A DNA stretch of 64,000 bases from Pristiophorus japonicus (taxonomy: Eukaryota), in the NCBI RefSeq assembly GCF_044704955.1, contig NC_091999.1, positions 47,926,001 to 47,990,000 of the forward strand, in the 5' to 3' direction. Position numbers and translations under genes: made by a program. Positions 1 through 11,759 of the stretch are shown here, one piece after another. Under the pieces are notes generated by a model that saw nothing but the letters and a program-made list of their open reading frames with translations, was not told where the DNA came from and ran no database searches. Position 1 is the first letter of the stretch. Each line of letters starts with the position of its first letter.

Positions 1-615
1 GTGAGGACATTAAACCTCTCTCCAGCACTTCATGCTGTACTGAATAAATCGACTGAAAGATTTAGAATGGTCTTTATTTGGAAATAGTTTTCATTAGGTA
101 CTGTGTGTATCAATTCATTATTTTCCGATCCTGTTTTGTAATATTGTGAGCATGCAATTTACGTAAAATCATTCTTGAGATGTTATACGATGTAAAATGT
201 TTCTTATTTTAAAAGTTCGACTGAATAATGTAATATTTAAATAGTTAAATACCATCTTTCTCTCATTCTTGTTCACGCTAATCTGACCCGCACAATATTT
301 GGCAGTAACCCAACCGACTGCCGTCAGCGAGCCTCGAACACCAGTGTCATTTTCAGGAAGCATCTGGGGTTCTGTGCACTCCATCAAAGGTCAGTTTTCT
401 CTCTACTGACCGCATGCCTGGAAGCCAACTTCAAAACATTTACGTTGTGAAAAGACCTATTTATATACACATCTACCCAATAACAGAACTGGTGTTAAGT
501 AAAATGTTTTCGTTGTGTAAATGTGTGTAACTATTCACATATTGCAGGAAAGGAAATATATCCAAAGTCTCAGACATCATGTCATTAGCAGCAGTCAGCT
601 GGTGTATCAGTACTG

Positions 616-956
616 NNNNNNNNNNNNNNNNNNNNNNNNNNNNNNNNNNNNNNNNNNNNNNNNNNNNNNNNNNNNNNNNNNNNNNNNNNNNNNNNNNNNN
701 NNNNNNNNNNNNNNNNNNNNNNNNNNNNNNNNNNNNNNNNNNNNNNNNNNNNNNNNNNNNNNNNNNNNNNNNNNNNNNNNNNNNNNNNNNNNNNNNNNNN
801 NNNNNNNNNNNNNNNNNNNNNNNNNNNNNNNNNNNNNNNNNNNNNNNNNNNNNNNNNNNNNNNNNNNNNNNNNNNNNNNNNNNNNNNNNNNNNNNNNNNN
901 NNNNNNNNNNNNNNNNNNNNNNNNNNNNNNNNNNNNNNNNNNNNNNNNNNNNNNNN
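616..956. other. Assembly gap (N run)
   Basis: Continuous run of N. Confidence 0.99.
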
Positions 957-1570
957 AAAGGTCAGTGCTGGGTCCACTATTGTTCACAACTTATATTAAC
1001 AATTTAGATTTTGGAGTCAAACACACAATATCTAAATTTTACCAATGCACTTGGGGCGGGCGGGTTGGCGTTTAAATACTGTGGAACACTGCAACTAATT
1101 AAAAGAATACACGGACTGACTAATTAATTTCAACACAGACAAGTATGAGTTATTACAGTTTGGTGAGAAAAATAAGGAGGTCACTTATCACGTTTAAAAT
1201 AAGAATCTATGTGGGATGGAGGAACACAGGTCTCTGAGAATGCAAATACACACATCACTAAAGGTAGCGACGCAGGTTAATAATGCTATAAAAAGAAGAA
1301 CACCTACACTCGGGTTTATTTCTAGAGGGATCGAATTGAAACGTGAAATAGTTATGCTAAACATGGTTAGACCACACTTGACGTACTTTGTATAATTGAC
1401 CAATCCCCCGCCATTTCCCTGAAGCCCTGCATATGTTTCCATTAAGATATGTGGATAGTGCAGGGAAGGGGAGTTGAGGTAGAAGAGCAGCCATGATCCC
1501 GTTGAATGACGGAACAGGCTCGCTGAATCATATGGCCTACTCCTGCTCCCAATTCTTATGTTCTTATGTT
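957..1570 (+). mobile_element. CR1 LINE 3' fragment (RT C-terminus and tail), decayed
   Basis: Translates SVLGPLLFTTYINNLDFGVKHTISKF and ends in the CR1-type tail cctactcctgctcccaattcttatgttcttatg. Confidence 0.85.
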
Positions 1571-1599
1571 GTGATTTCCGAGGAAATATGGACATTAGA

Positions 1600-2110
1600 T
1601 ACTCAATCTCTCCTGATAGAACAGCCTCACGCCCCCGCCGCCGTCCCAGGAATCAGATCAGTCTGATGAACCTGAGATGCACTCCCTCCAAGGCAAGTGC
1701 ATCCTTCCTTAGATAAGGAGAACAAAACTGTACACGATACATCAGGTGTAGTCTCAGCAGAGCCCTATATAAGTGCATGAAGGCTTCTTTTTTCTAATAT
1801 TCCAATCCCTTTGCAATAAAATGTTGCTTACCATTTGCTTTCCTAATTGCTCACTTTGGCTCCATGTTAGCTTTCTGTGATTCGTGTACAAGGCCATCCA
1901 GGTGTTTCTGAATAACAATATTACCCAGTTTCTCAGCATTTAAAAAATTTTCTGCGTCTCTATTTGTCCTACCAAAGTGCGTAACTTCACACTTCTCCAC
2001 ATTATACTCAATCTGCCATGTTCATGCCCACTCACTTAACCTGTCAATATCCCTTTGCAGCCTCCTTACTTCTTCCTCACTGTTTACTGTCCTATCTACC
2101 TTTGTATTGT
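1600..2110 (-). mobile_element. CR1 LINE RT fragment, decayed
   Basis: Reverse complement resembles the RT C-terminal part of the other CR1 copies in the window. Confidence 0.7.
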
Positions 2111-2799
2111 AAAGTACGCTAATTTAAGTCATCTTTCTATACACGTGTAGAAGCTCTAACCATCTGTTTGTAGATTTTGATAGCTTATTTAATTTTATAT
2201 TTTCTCCCATATTATCAGTTGCATGTGCATCTTTTGCAGAATTCCAAAATCTTCCTAATTTTCGGGCTTACTACTCTTTTTGTCAACATTCCATGGCTGT
2301 TAATTTAATCTAATACTATCATTAACTTCCCTTGTTAGCCACGGTTGCACCATTTTTCCTGTGAGGTTTTTATTCATTATGGAAGTTTATCTAATCTGAC
2401 CGCTCTGTATGATGAGCTGAAGGTGAATTTGCAATAATAATTTTGCTAATTCCGCCCTTGATACTTCCTGATCATCTGCACCTCTTGTGGTTTGTTCTAA
2501 AAAAAATCCTCTGGGTAAACGTTCAAGCAAGTTATTGTTGTGGGTGTTATGAATCATGTTTGAAGTAAGCTCTGGAGCTTGCAGTAGATGTCGTTTATCA
2601 GCAGGTGGCGACAATGATCATATTGATACATGAGTCATGTGGAGACGGATGTTGCTGAGCATTTCAGTCACCGTCCATTTTGTCAAAACAAGTAAAACAA
2701 TATAATTAATGCTTCTCAGTCAGTCAAATTTGAAGGGAGCATGTATCCTTAGAAATAATCTGAAGGGCAAATAAAGATTGAATTTTTTTCAATCCAAAT

Positions 2800-3185
2800 T
2801 TTAAGAAGATTGTCGGGCTCTTGTCGAGGATGCAGAGGAGATTGGTGCAAGGCATGAGGGAGTTCAGTTTTCTGGAGACGAGAGAGGATGGGTTTATTCT
2901 TATTATAGCAGGGAATGCTTAGGGGAGATTAACAGATGTTTTCAAAATTGTGAAGGGGTTTCATTGAGTTGATAGTAAGGTGGGGATTCTATCGGCAGGT
3001 CTATCGGTAACCAGAACACAAAGATTAAGATGAATGAAAAAATAAATCCAGACGGGAGATAAGGAGATTTTTTATGCAGCGAGTTGTAATAACCTGGAAT
3101 GTAGTGTCTGGAAGGGTGATGGTAGCAAATTTAATTATAACTTTCAAATAGGGAAATCAATATATATTTGAAAAGGAAAGATGAT
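2800..3185 (+). mobile_element. Old CR1-like 3' fragment
   Basis: Decayed match to CR1 3' coding sequence (gcagaggagatt...ttttttatgcagcgagttgtaataacctggaatg). Confidence 0.55.
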
Positions 3186-3189
3186 CTGG

Positions 3190-5797
3190 TGTAATAAAAA
3201 GAGAGACAGTGTCGAAGATAATATAAACAGTGACAATGCCTGGCGTATTATAAGAAGAGACAGGGTCTCGTGTGATATAAACTGAGACAGTGTCTATTGG
3301 AATATAAACAGAGACAGAGTCTAGTGTAATACAAACAAAGATAGGGTCTAGTGAAATATAAACAAGGATAGTGTCAGAAAGATTATAAACAAAGATAGTG
3401 TCTGGTGTAATATAAACAGAGACATGGTCTAGTGTAATATAAACAGAGAGAGGGTCTAGTGTAATATAAACAGAGACAGATTCTAATGTAGTATAAACAG
3501 AGACAGTGTCTAGTATATTATAAACAGAGACAGGGTCTAGTGTAATATAAACAGGGATAGTGTCTGGAAGAATATAAACAGAGACAGGGTCTTGTGTGAT
3601 ATTAACAGAGACAGGGTCCAGTGTAATATAAATAGAGACAGGGTCTAGAGTAAAATAAACAGAGACCGGGTCTAGTGTAGTATAAACAGAGACAGGGTCT
3701 AGTGTATTATAAACAGAGACAGGGTCGAGTGTAATATAAACAGGGATAGTGTCAGAAAGAATATAAACAGAGGCAGTGTCTGGTGTAATATAAACAGAGA
3801 CAGGGTCTAATGTAGTATAAACAGAGACAGTGTCTAGTATATTATAAACAGAGACAGGGTCTAGTGTATTATAAACAGAGACAGCGTCTAGTGTAATATA
3901 AACAGGGATAGTGTCTGGAAGAATATAAACAGAGACAGGGTCTTGTGTGATATGAACAGAGACCGGGTCCAGTGTAATATAAATAGATACAGGGTCTGGA
4001 GTAAAATAAACAGAGACAGGGTCTAGTGTAGTATAAACAGAGACAGGGTCGAGTGTATTATAAACAGAGACAAGGTCAAGTGTAATATAAACAGGGATAG
4101 TGCCTGGAAGAATAAAAACAGAGACAGGGTCTAGTGTAATATAAACAGAGACAGGGTCTAGTGTAATACAAACAGAGACAGGGTCTAGTGTAATATAAAC
4201 AGGGATAGTGTCAGAAAGAATATAACAGAGGCAGTGTCTGGTGCAATATAAACAGAGACATGGTCTAGTGTAATATAACAGAGACAGGGTCTAGTGTAAT
4301 ACAAACAGAGACAGGGTCTAGTATAACATAAACAGGGATAGTGTCAGAAAGAATATAAACAGAGGCAGTGTCTGGTGTAATATAAACAGAGACATGGTCT
4401 AGTGTAATATAAACAGAGACAGGGTCTAGTTTAATATAAACAGAGACAGGGTTGAGTCCAATATAAACAGGGATAGTGTTAAGAAGAATATAGACAGAGA
4501 CAGTGTCCAGTGTAATATAAACAGAGGCAGGGTCTAGTGTATTATAAACAGAGACAGGGTCTAGTGTAATATAAACAGGGATAGTGTCTGGAAGAATATA
4601 AACAAAGACAGGGTCTAGTGTAATATAAACAGAGACAGAGTCTAGTGTAATACAAACAGAGACAGGGTCTAGTGTAATATAAACAGGGATAGTGTCAGAA
4701 AGAATATAAACAGTGGCAGTGTCTGGTGTAATATAAACAGAGACATGGTCTAGTGTAACAAAAACAGAGGCAGCGTCTAGTTTAATATAAACAGAGACAG
4801 GGTCGAGTCCAATATAAACAGGGATAGTGTTAAGAAGAATATAGACACAGACAGTGTCTAGTGTAATATAAACAGAGACAGGGTCTAGTTTAATATAAAC
4901 GGAGACAGGGTCTAGTGTAATATGAAGAGAGATAGGGTCTAGTGTAAAATAAACAGAGACAGGAGCTAGTTTAATATAAACAGAGACAGGGTCCAGTATA
5001 ATATGAACTGGAAGAGGGTCTAGTGTAATGTAAACAGAGGCAGGGTCTAGTGTAATATAAACAGAGACAGTGTCTAGTACAATATAAACAGAGACAGGGT
5101 CTAGTGTAATATAAACAGAGACAGAGTCTAGTGTAATATAAACAGGGATAGTGTCTGGAACAATATAAACAGAGACAGGGTCTAGTGTAATATAAGCAGA
5201 GACAGGGTCTAGTTTAATATAAACAGAAACATGGTCCAGTGTAATATAAACAGAGACAGGGTCTAGTCGAATATAAACAGAGACAGGGTCTAGACTAATA
5301 TAAATAGAGACAGTCTCTAGTGTAATATGAATTGGGAGTGGGTCTAATGTAATGTAAACAGAGGCAGGGTCTAGTGTAATATAAACAGAGACAGGGTCTA
5401 GTACAATATAAACAGAGACAGTGTCTAGTGTAATATAAACTGGGACAGGGTCTAGTGTAATATAAACAGAGACAGGGTCTAGTGTAATAAAAACAGAGAC
5501 AGAGTCTACTGTAATATAAACAGAGGCAGGGTCTAGTGCAATATAAACTGGGACAGGGTCCAGAATAATATAAACACCGACAGGGTCCATTATAATATAA
5601 ACAGAGACAGGGTCGAGACTAATATAAACAGAGACAGTGTCTAGTGTAATATAAACTGGGACAGAGTCTAGTGCAATATAAACAGAGACAGGGTCTGGTA
5701 CAATATAAACAGAGACAGGGACACGGGTAATATAAACAGAGACAGGGTCCCGTGTAATATTAACAGGGACAGGGTCTTAAGAGAGCCAGGTTCTAGT
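3190..5797 (+). repeat. 27-bp minisatellite array, consensus TAAACAGAGACAGGGTCTAGTGTAATA (roughly 95 units)
   Basis: Tandem units visible directly; the 9-aa periodicity (LDPVSVYIT) of ORF 4265-5590 confirms the 27-nt period. Confidence 0.97.
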
Positions 5798-5799
5798 GT

Positions 5800-5910
5800 A
5801 ATATTAGATAGAAGTACAGATAGATGGATAGAAGTACGAATCGACGGATGGACGGACAGACGAATGGACCGACCGACCGAACGACAGACAGATAGACAGT
5901 CAGACAGACA
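5800..5910. repeat. Mixed GATA/GACA/GACC tetranucleotide microsatellite between the two satellite arms
   Basis: gatagatggataga...gaccgaccgaccga...gacagacagatagacag. Confidence 0.8.
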
Positions 5911-5974
5911 TGAAGATTCGCATGGCTGGAATGTTACCATCAAATTATTCCAGGCATTCTATATGTTTAAATTA

Positions 5975-6860
5975 CTCTGGACCCTGTTTAATTATAACTA
6001 CACTCGATCATCTCTCTTTTCGGATTGCACAAGGCCCTGTCTCAGTTATTACTGCACAAGTCTCGGGATCAATTTTATTACTGTGGATACTGTCTCAGTT
6101 ACACTGCACTAGACCGTGTCTCTGCTTATATTATGCTCGGCTCTGTATCAGTTATCACAGTACTGGACCCTCCGTTATAATACATTAGACCCATTCTCAG
6201 TTACTACTGAACTAGACGCTGTCTCTGTTTATATGACCGTACACCATGTTTCTGTCAATATTTCACTAGTTCATGTCTCTCTTTATATTGCACTCGATAT
6301 GTCTCAGTTTATATTGCACTCGAAAATGTCAATGTTTCTACTACAATATCTCATGTATTAGTTAGTATTAGAGCACGTTATCCTTTGTTATATTATGTTG
6401 GACCCTGTCACTATTTATATTATACTATCCCCTGTCTCTTTATAATAGATTGGTCCTGTCTCTGGTTATATTACACTAGACGCTGTCTCTATTTATATTA
6501 CACTCGACCCTGTCTCTATTTATATTACACTAGGCCCTGTCTCTGTTTATATTATACTAGACTCTGTATTTTTTACATTACACTAGACACTGTCTCTGTT
6601 TATATTACACTAGACCCTGCACTTTTTATATTACACTAGATATCGTCTCTGTTTATATTACACTAGCCCCTTTATTTTCTATATTACACTAGACACTGTC
6701 TCTCTTTATATTACACTAGGCCCTGTCTCTGTTTATATTACACTAGACGCTGTGTGTTTATATTTTACACTGGTCCCTGTCATTGTAGATATTACACTAT
6801 ATCCTCTCTCTGTCTATGTTATACTTGGACATGTCTCGGTTATTACTGCACTAGACCCTG
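5975..6860 (-). repeat. Same 27-bp minisatellite in inverted orientation, more diverged
   Basis: Units TATTACACTAGACCCTGTCTCTGTTTA are the reverse complement of the 3190-5797 consensus. Confidence 0.93.
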
Positions 6861-6964
6861 GGGTATAGATGTGTCTATATAGGTCAAATCGAGCAATCCA
6901 TTTGGCTGAGGGTCAGACGTCGCACCGATGAAGCTATGGCGACCAAATCACGTTCATGACGCTG

Positions 6965-7094
6965 CTTTGTTGTAAACAATGAGGTCACCCATTGTTTACG
7001 TGTTGCTGACGTGATGATGTCAAAGAGGTAAACACGAAATGCAATATACAGGAAGTTGCACTGACAAAAACAATTTTCTGCGATAGTGATGTCA
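6965..7094. promoter_or_regulatory. Candidate enhancer/promoter: dense FOX, CRE/ATF, TCF/LEF, ETS and nuclear-receptor motif cluster
   Basis: GTAAACA 6972 and 7028, TGTTTAC 6993, TGAGGTCA 6980, TGACGTGA 7007, TGATGTCA 7015, TCAAAG 7020, CAGGAAGT 7049, AGTGATGTCA 7085. Function is inferred only. Confidence 0.4.
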
Positions 7095-7101
7095 CACTGT
7101 G

Positions 7102-7446
7102 CCATCAAACATTCCCAGGGCAGGGACAGCGCGGGTCTATGCAAAGAAAAGCTCCCTCGATGCTGTCCCATCAAACACTCCCAGCTCAGGTACAGCACGA
7201 TTCGAAAAACAATAAAGCTCCCTCTACACCGTCATATCAAACGCCCCCAGGGCAGGTACAGCACGGGTAAGCTATAGAGTAAAGCCCCCTCTACACCGTC
7301 CCATCAAACTCTTCCAGAGCAGGTACATCACTGGTCTATGCAGAGAAAAGCTCCCTCGAAACCGTCCCATTAAACACTCGCAGGGCAGGTACAGCACGTA
7401 GTTAGATGCAGAGTAAAGTTCCCGCTACAGAGTCACATCAAACACC
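7102..7446 (+). repeat. About 66-bp minisatellite, about 5 units
   Basis: ccatcaaac...cagggcaggtacagcacg...agagtaaagctccctctacaccgtc recurs near 7102, 7168, 7235, 7301, 7367 and 7435. Confidence 0.9.
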
Positions 7447-8264
7447 CAAGATCATTGAGTTCACATGATATATTTTATTATAAAGCTGCCTCTCCGCACA
7501 CCCACCAATTTGGTTTGAGGCCTGGAAATAGACCTTAGAGAATATTTTTGTTTGACATTGACTTCTTATTGTGAAGTAAAAATAATGACGCATTCTTTAG
7601 AGGCAAGGCAAAAGGTGGGGATAGTAGAGAGAGGCAGAGAGGGAGGGGATACAGAGAAATGCCACGAATACATTTGAGCTGTGACTATGTACGGTGACTA
7701 GAATCTTTCCCTATTCTGGCCGCGGATAACATCGTTGATTTGTTCACCAATAACTGAAAATAAATATCCCAAACATCAATTGTTGCTGGAATCCGTTGAG
7801 ACATTAGCGTTTCTTTCTCTGTTTATTTCTATTCTGTCGTTCACTATTCTAATCTGGGACTTCTATTTCTGCGTTTATTTACATAAACACCTCACAGGTT
7901 TCCATGAAGTGTTCATGGCAGCAAAAGCAGATCCACAAAGTCATTTACTGATTAGTTTTAACTCACAGCACGGGTTTATTTTATGAATATTGGTAGTTGG
8001 TACAAAGAAATGGAAATATCTCCAGCTGTGACATCGGTTTTTGGTTTGTTCAATTAGAAGAGATGTGATTTATATCAAAGGGAACATATTAAAATTAATA
8101 ATTCAATTCTGAAAATTCTGCTACCAATGTCAATGGAACCTCGCTGAACAGATCAGTAATTCACTGGATGTCCATTTAGCGTAAGATTCCAGCCACTTAA
8201 AATAAACAAGTTAAAACAGCGAACAGAGGAGTCACCCATTGCAACGTGTATTTTAAATGTTGAC

Positions 8265-8715
8265 GTTTAGAAATAACTTTCACGTCTTTCACGTCCTCAG
8301 AATGTCCAAAAGTGCTTTATAATGAAGTACGTTTGAAGTGTAGTCACTTTTGTAATGCAGGAAACGTGGAGTCAAATTGCACACAGAAAGCTCCCACAAA
8401 CATAATGTGATAATAACCACAGAATCTGTTCTTTAGCGATGCTGGTTAATGGATAAGTATGTGTAATGGACTTCGGGGTGAACTCCCCTGCTATTTAAAA
8501 TTGTGCCACTCAATCTCTTACATCCAACTGTGAGTGAAGACTCAGCAGATGTAACGTCTCATCCGAAAGACTGCTCCACCGTCAATATAGCCCCCCCTCC
8601 CCTTCTCCTTCGGTACTGGTACCGGGAGTGCCAGCCGAGATTATGTGCTCAGTCTGTGAAGAGGGGTTGAGAACCCACAGCCTTCTCACTCAGAGGTGAG
8701 AGTGATCCCATTGTA
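8265..8715 (-). mobile_element. DeuSINE-type SINE (SacSINE1/AmnSINE-like)
   Basis: aacgtctcatccgaaagac and ggggtgaactcccctgct are the reverse complement of the Deu-domain core; tRNA-like head near 8660-8715. Confidence 0.75.
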
Positions 8716-9086
8716 CCGGGGCTTTAGCACGTCACAGCTTAATTTTTTAGATGTTGTCATTTAGTTCAGAGTGTCCAAAGTTCATTGCCTGAGACGAGTC
8801 TTACACAATCGGTTTAATTCCTGGGGATAATGCTCTTATCTTGCCTGGGATGATATTCTAGCACTGTTGTAAAATGGGATCAAATCTTAGCGAATCCTCA
8901 TCTGGATGTTCATGAGGTGCATCAGTAGAACAGCTGGAAACTGGGACGGTGCTCCTTATATCCGAGAATGTTAAGGCAGATTTAATAGTGGCGATCAAAA
9001 TTATGAGGAGTTTTAATCAAGTAAATAGTTAGAAAACTTTACCACTGGTAGGACGGACAGTAACCACAAGCCAGAGATTTAAAATG

Positions 9087-9205
9087 TATTACTGCACTAG
9101 ACCCTGTCTCTGCTGAGATTACACTAGACCCTGTCCCTACTTACATTGCACTAGACCCTGTCTCTGTTTACATTACACGAGACCCTGTCTCTATTTATAT
9201 TACAG
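9087..9205 (-). repeat. Short outlier of the 27-bp minisatellite (about 4 units)
   Basis: cactagaccctgtctct units. Confidence 0.9.
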
Positions 9206-10462
9206 TCGCTTAAACAAAGGGGACTACAGTGGGATGATGGCAGAGTTGTCTAAAGTAGACTGGAAACGCAGACTAAACGGTGGCACAATTGAGGAACAGT
9301 GGAGGACGTTTAAGGAGCTATTTCATAGTGCTCAACAAAAATATATTCCAGTGAAAAAGAAGGGCGGTTAGAGAAGGGATAACCAGCCGTGGATAACCAA
9401 GGAAATAAAGGAGAGTATCAAATTAAAAACCAATGCGTATAAGGTGGCCAATGTTAGTGGGAAACTAGAAGATTGGGAAAATTTTAATCGACAGCAAAGA
9501 ATGATTAAGAGAACAATAAAGAATGGAAAGATAGATTACAAAAGTAAATTTGCGCAACACATAAAAACAGATAGTAAAAGCTTTTACCGATATATAAAAC
9601 GGAAAAGAGTGACTAAAGTAAATGTTGGTCCCTCAGAAGATGAGAAGGGGGATTTAATACTGGGAAATGTGGAAATGGCTGAGACCCTAAACAATTATTT
9701 TGCTTCGGTCTTCACAATGGAAGACACAAAAACCATTGCAGAAATTGCTGGTCACGGGAATGTGAGAAGGGAGGACCTTGAGATAATCACTATCACAACG
9801 GGGGTAGTGCTGGATAGGCTAATGGGACTCAAGGTAGACAGGTCCCCTGGTCCTGATGAAATGCATCCCAGGGTATTAAAAGAGATGGCAGAAGTTATAG
9901 CAGATGCATTCGTTATAATCTATCAAAATTCTCTGGACTCTGGGGAGGTCCAGCGGATTGGAAAGCAGCTAATGTAACGCCTCTGTTTAACAAAGGGGGC
10001 AGACAAAAGGCAAGTAACTATACGCCGGTTAGTTTAACATCTGTAGTGGGGAAAATGCTTGAAGCTCTCATTAAGGAAGGAATAGCGGGACATCTAGATA
10101 GGAATAGTGCAATAAAGCAGACGCAACATGGATTCATGAAGGGGAAATCAAGTTTAACTAATTTACTAGAATTCTTTGAGGATATAATGAGCATGGTGAA
10201 TACCGAAGAATGTGGTGCATTTAGATTTCCAAAAGGCATTCGATAAGGTGCCACACAAAAGGTTACTGCAGAAGATAAAGGTAAGTGGAGTCAGAGGAAA
10301 TGTATTAGCATGGATTGAGAATTGGCTGGCTAACATAAAGCAGAGAGTCGGGATAAATGGGTCCTTTTCGGGTTGGAAACCGGTGGTTAGTGGTGTGCCA
10401 CAGGGATCGGTGCTGGGACCACAATTGTTTACAATATGCATAGATGACCTGGAAGAGGGGAC
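9206..10462 (+). mobile_element. CR1 ORF2 fragment (tether and RT N-half), frameshifted
   Basis: [45 protein letters not shown] and [11 protein letters not shown] spread over several frames. Confidence 0.92.
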
Positions 10463-11725
10463 AGATTCAATCAAGTTAGTCAGATATGACCTTCCCTGAA
10501 CAAATCCGTGCGGACTGTTCCTGATTAATCCATGTCTTTCCAAATAAAGATTTATCCTGTCATTCAGGATTTTTCCAAAAAAAAATCCCACCACTGAGGT
10601 TAGGCTGACTGGCCTTTAATAAATCGATCTATCCTTGTCTCCCTTTTTAAACAAAGGTTAAACATCAGAGGTCCTTCAGTCCTCTGGCACCACACCTGTA
10701 GCCAGTGTGGATTGGAAAATGATGGTCAGAGCCTCTGCTATTTCCTCTTTTGCTTCGCTTAACAGCCTGAAATACATTTCATCTGGGCCTGGGGATTTAT
10801 CCACTTTCAAAGCTGCTAAGTCCCTTAATACTTCTTCTCCAACTATGTTTACCTCGTCCAATATTTCACACTCATCCCTCATTGCAAAATCTGCATCGCC
10901 CCTCTCTTTTGTGAAAACAAATGCAGGGTATTTATTAAGAATTATATTCACATCTTCTGCTTCCACACACAGATTTCCTTTGTGGTCTCTAATAGGCCCC
11001 ATTCTTTCTCTAGTTATCCTCTTAATGTATTTATAATGTCTACCTGTCCTGAAACCTTCATGGGTCTGTGGATATGCACTCCTAGGTCTCTTTATTCATT
11101 TACACTTCTCAGTATCCTACGATTCATTGTGTATTCCCTTGCCTTGTTAGCCCACCCAAATGCAAGACCTCACACTTCCGCGGATTGAAGTCCACTTGCT
11201 ACTATTCTGCCCACCTGATCAGTCCATTGACATCTTCCTGCAGTCTATAACTTTCTTCTTCATTATCAAACACAACGGCAATTTGTGTGTCATCTGCATA
11301 CTTCCTAATCATACCCTATAGATTGAAGTCCAAATTATTGATAAAAAAGGGACCTAGTAGTGAGCCCTATGGATTCCCCACTGGAGACAGCCTTCCAGTC
11401 TCAAAAACACCCATCAACCATTAACCTTTGCTTCCTGACTCTGAGCCAATTTTGGATCCAACTTGCCACTTTGCCTCGTATCCCAATTGCTTATACTTTT
11501 GTGACCAGTCTGCCTTGTGGGACTTTATCAAAATCGCTGCTAGAATTCATATACACATATTCAAATGCACTGCCCTCATTACATTTTTTGAGGGGCTATA
11601 TAGGAGAGTCAATCGGTAGACAGACCCGGCTTTCCCTTAACAAATCCATGCTGACTGTCCTTGATTAATCCGTGTCTTCCCAAATGAAGATTTATCCTAT
11701 CCCTCAGCATTTTATCCAAAAATTG
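10463..11725 (-). mobile_element. Rearranged CR1 ORF2 fragments
   Basis: Minus-strand ORFs with KSPGPDEMYFRLL and [15 protein letters not shown], plus further RT pieces at 11040-11720. Confidence 0.85.
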
Positions 11726-11759
11726 TCCCACCAACGAGCTGAGGCTCTCCCAGCTTGTA

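Noticed and set aside
270-395. Possible plus-strand exon (LAVTQPTAVSEPRTPVSFSG...K|gtcagt) faintly like a V FR1
   Set aside because: No Cys, no Trp motif, no RSS and no clear acceptor.
521-1075. ORFs spanning the N gap (likewise 35695-36187)
   Set aside because: Artefacts of translating N.
4265-5590. 441-aa ORF with LDPVSVYIT repeats
   Set aside because: By-product of a 27-bp (multiple of 3) satellite with no stop in one frame; no other gene signals.
3190-5797. CRISPR-like array
   Set aside because: Units are contiguous with no unique spacers, there are no cas genes, and the context is vertebrate.
7063-7101. CACTGTG near ACAAAAAC as an RSS
   Set aside because: The nonamer-like sequence is in the wrong orientation relative to the heptamer.
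7735-7986. 83-aa ORF with a hydrophobic stretch
   Set aside because: Non-ATG start, T-rich sequence and no recognisable family.
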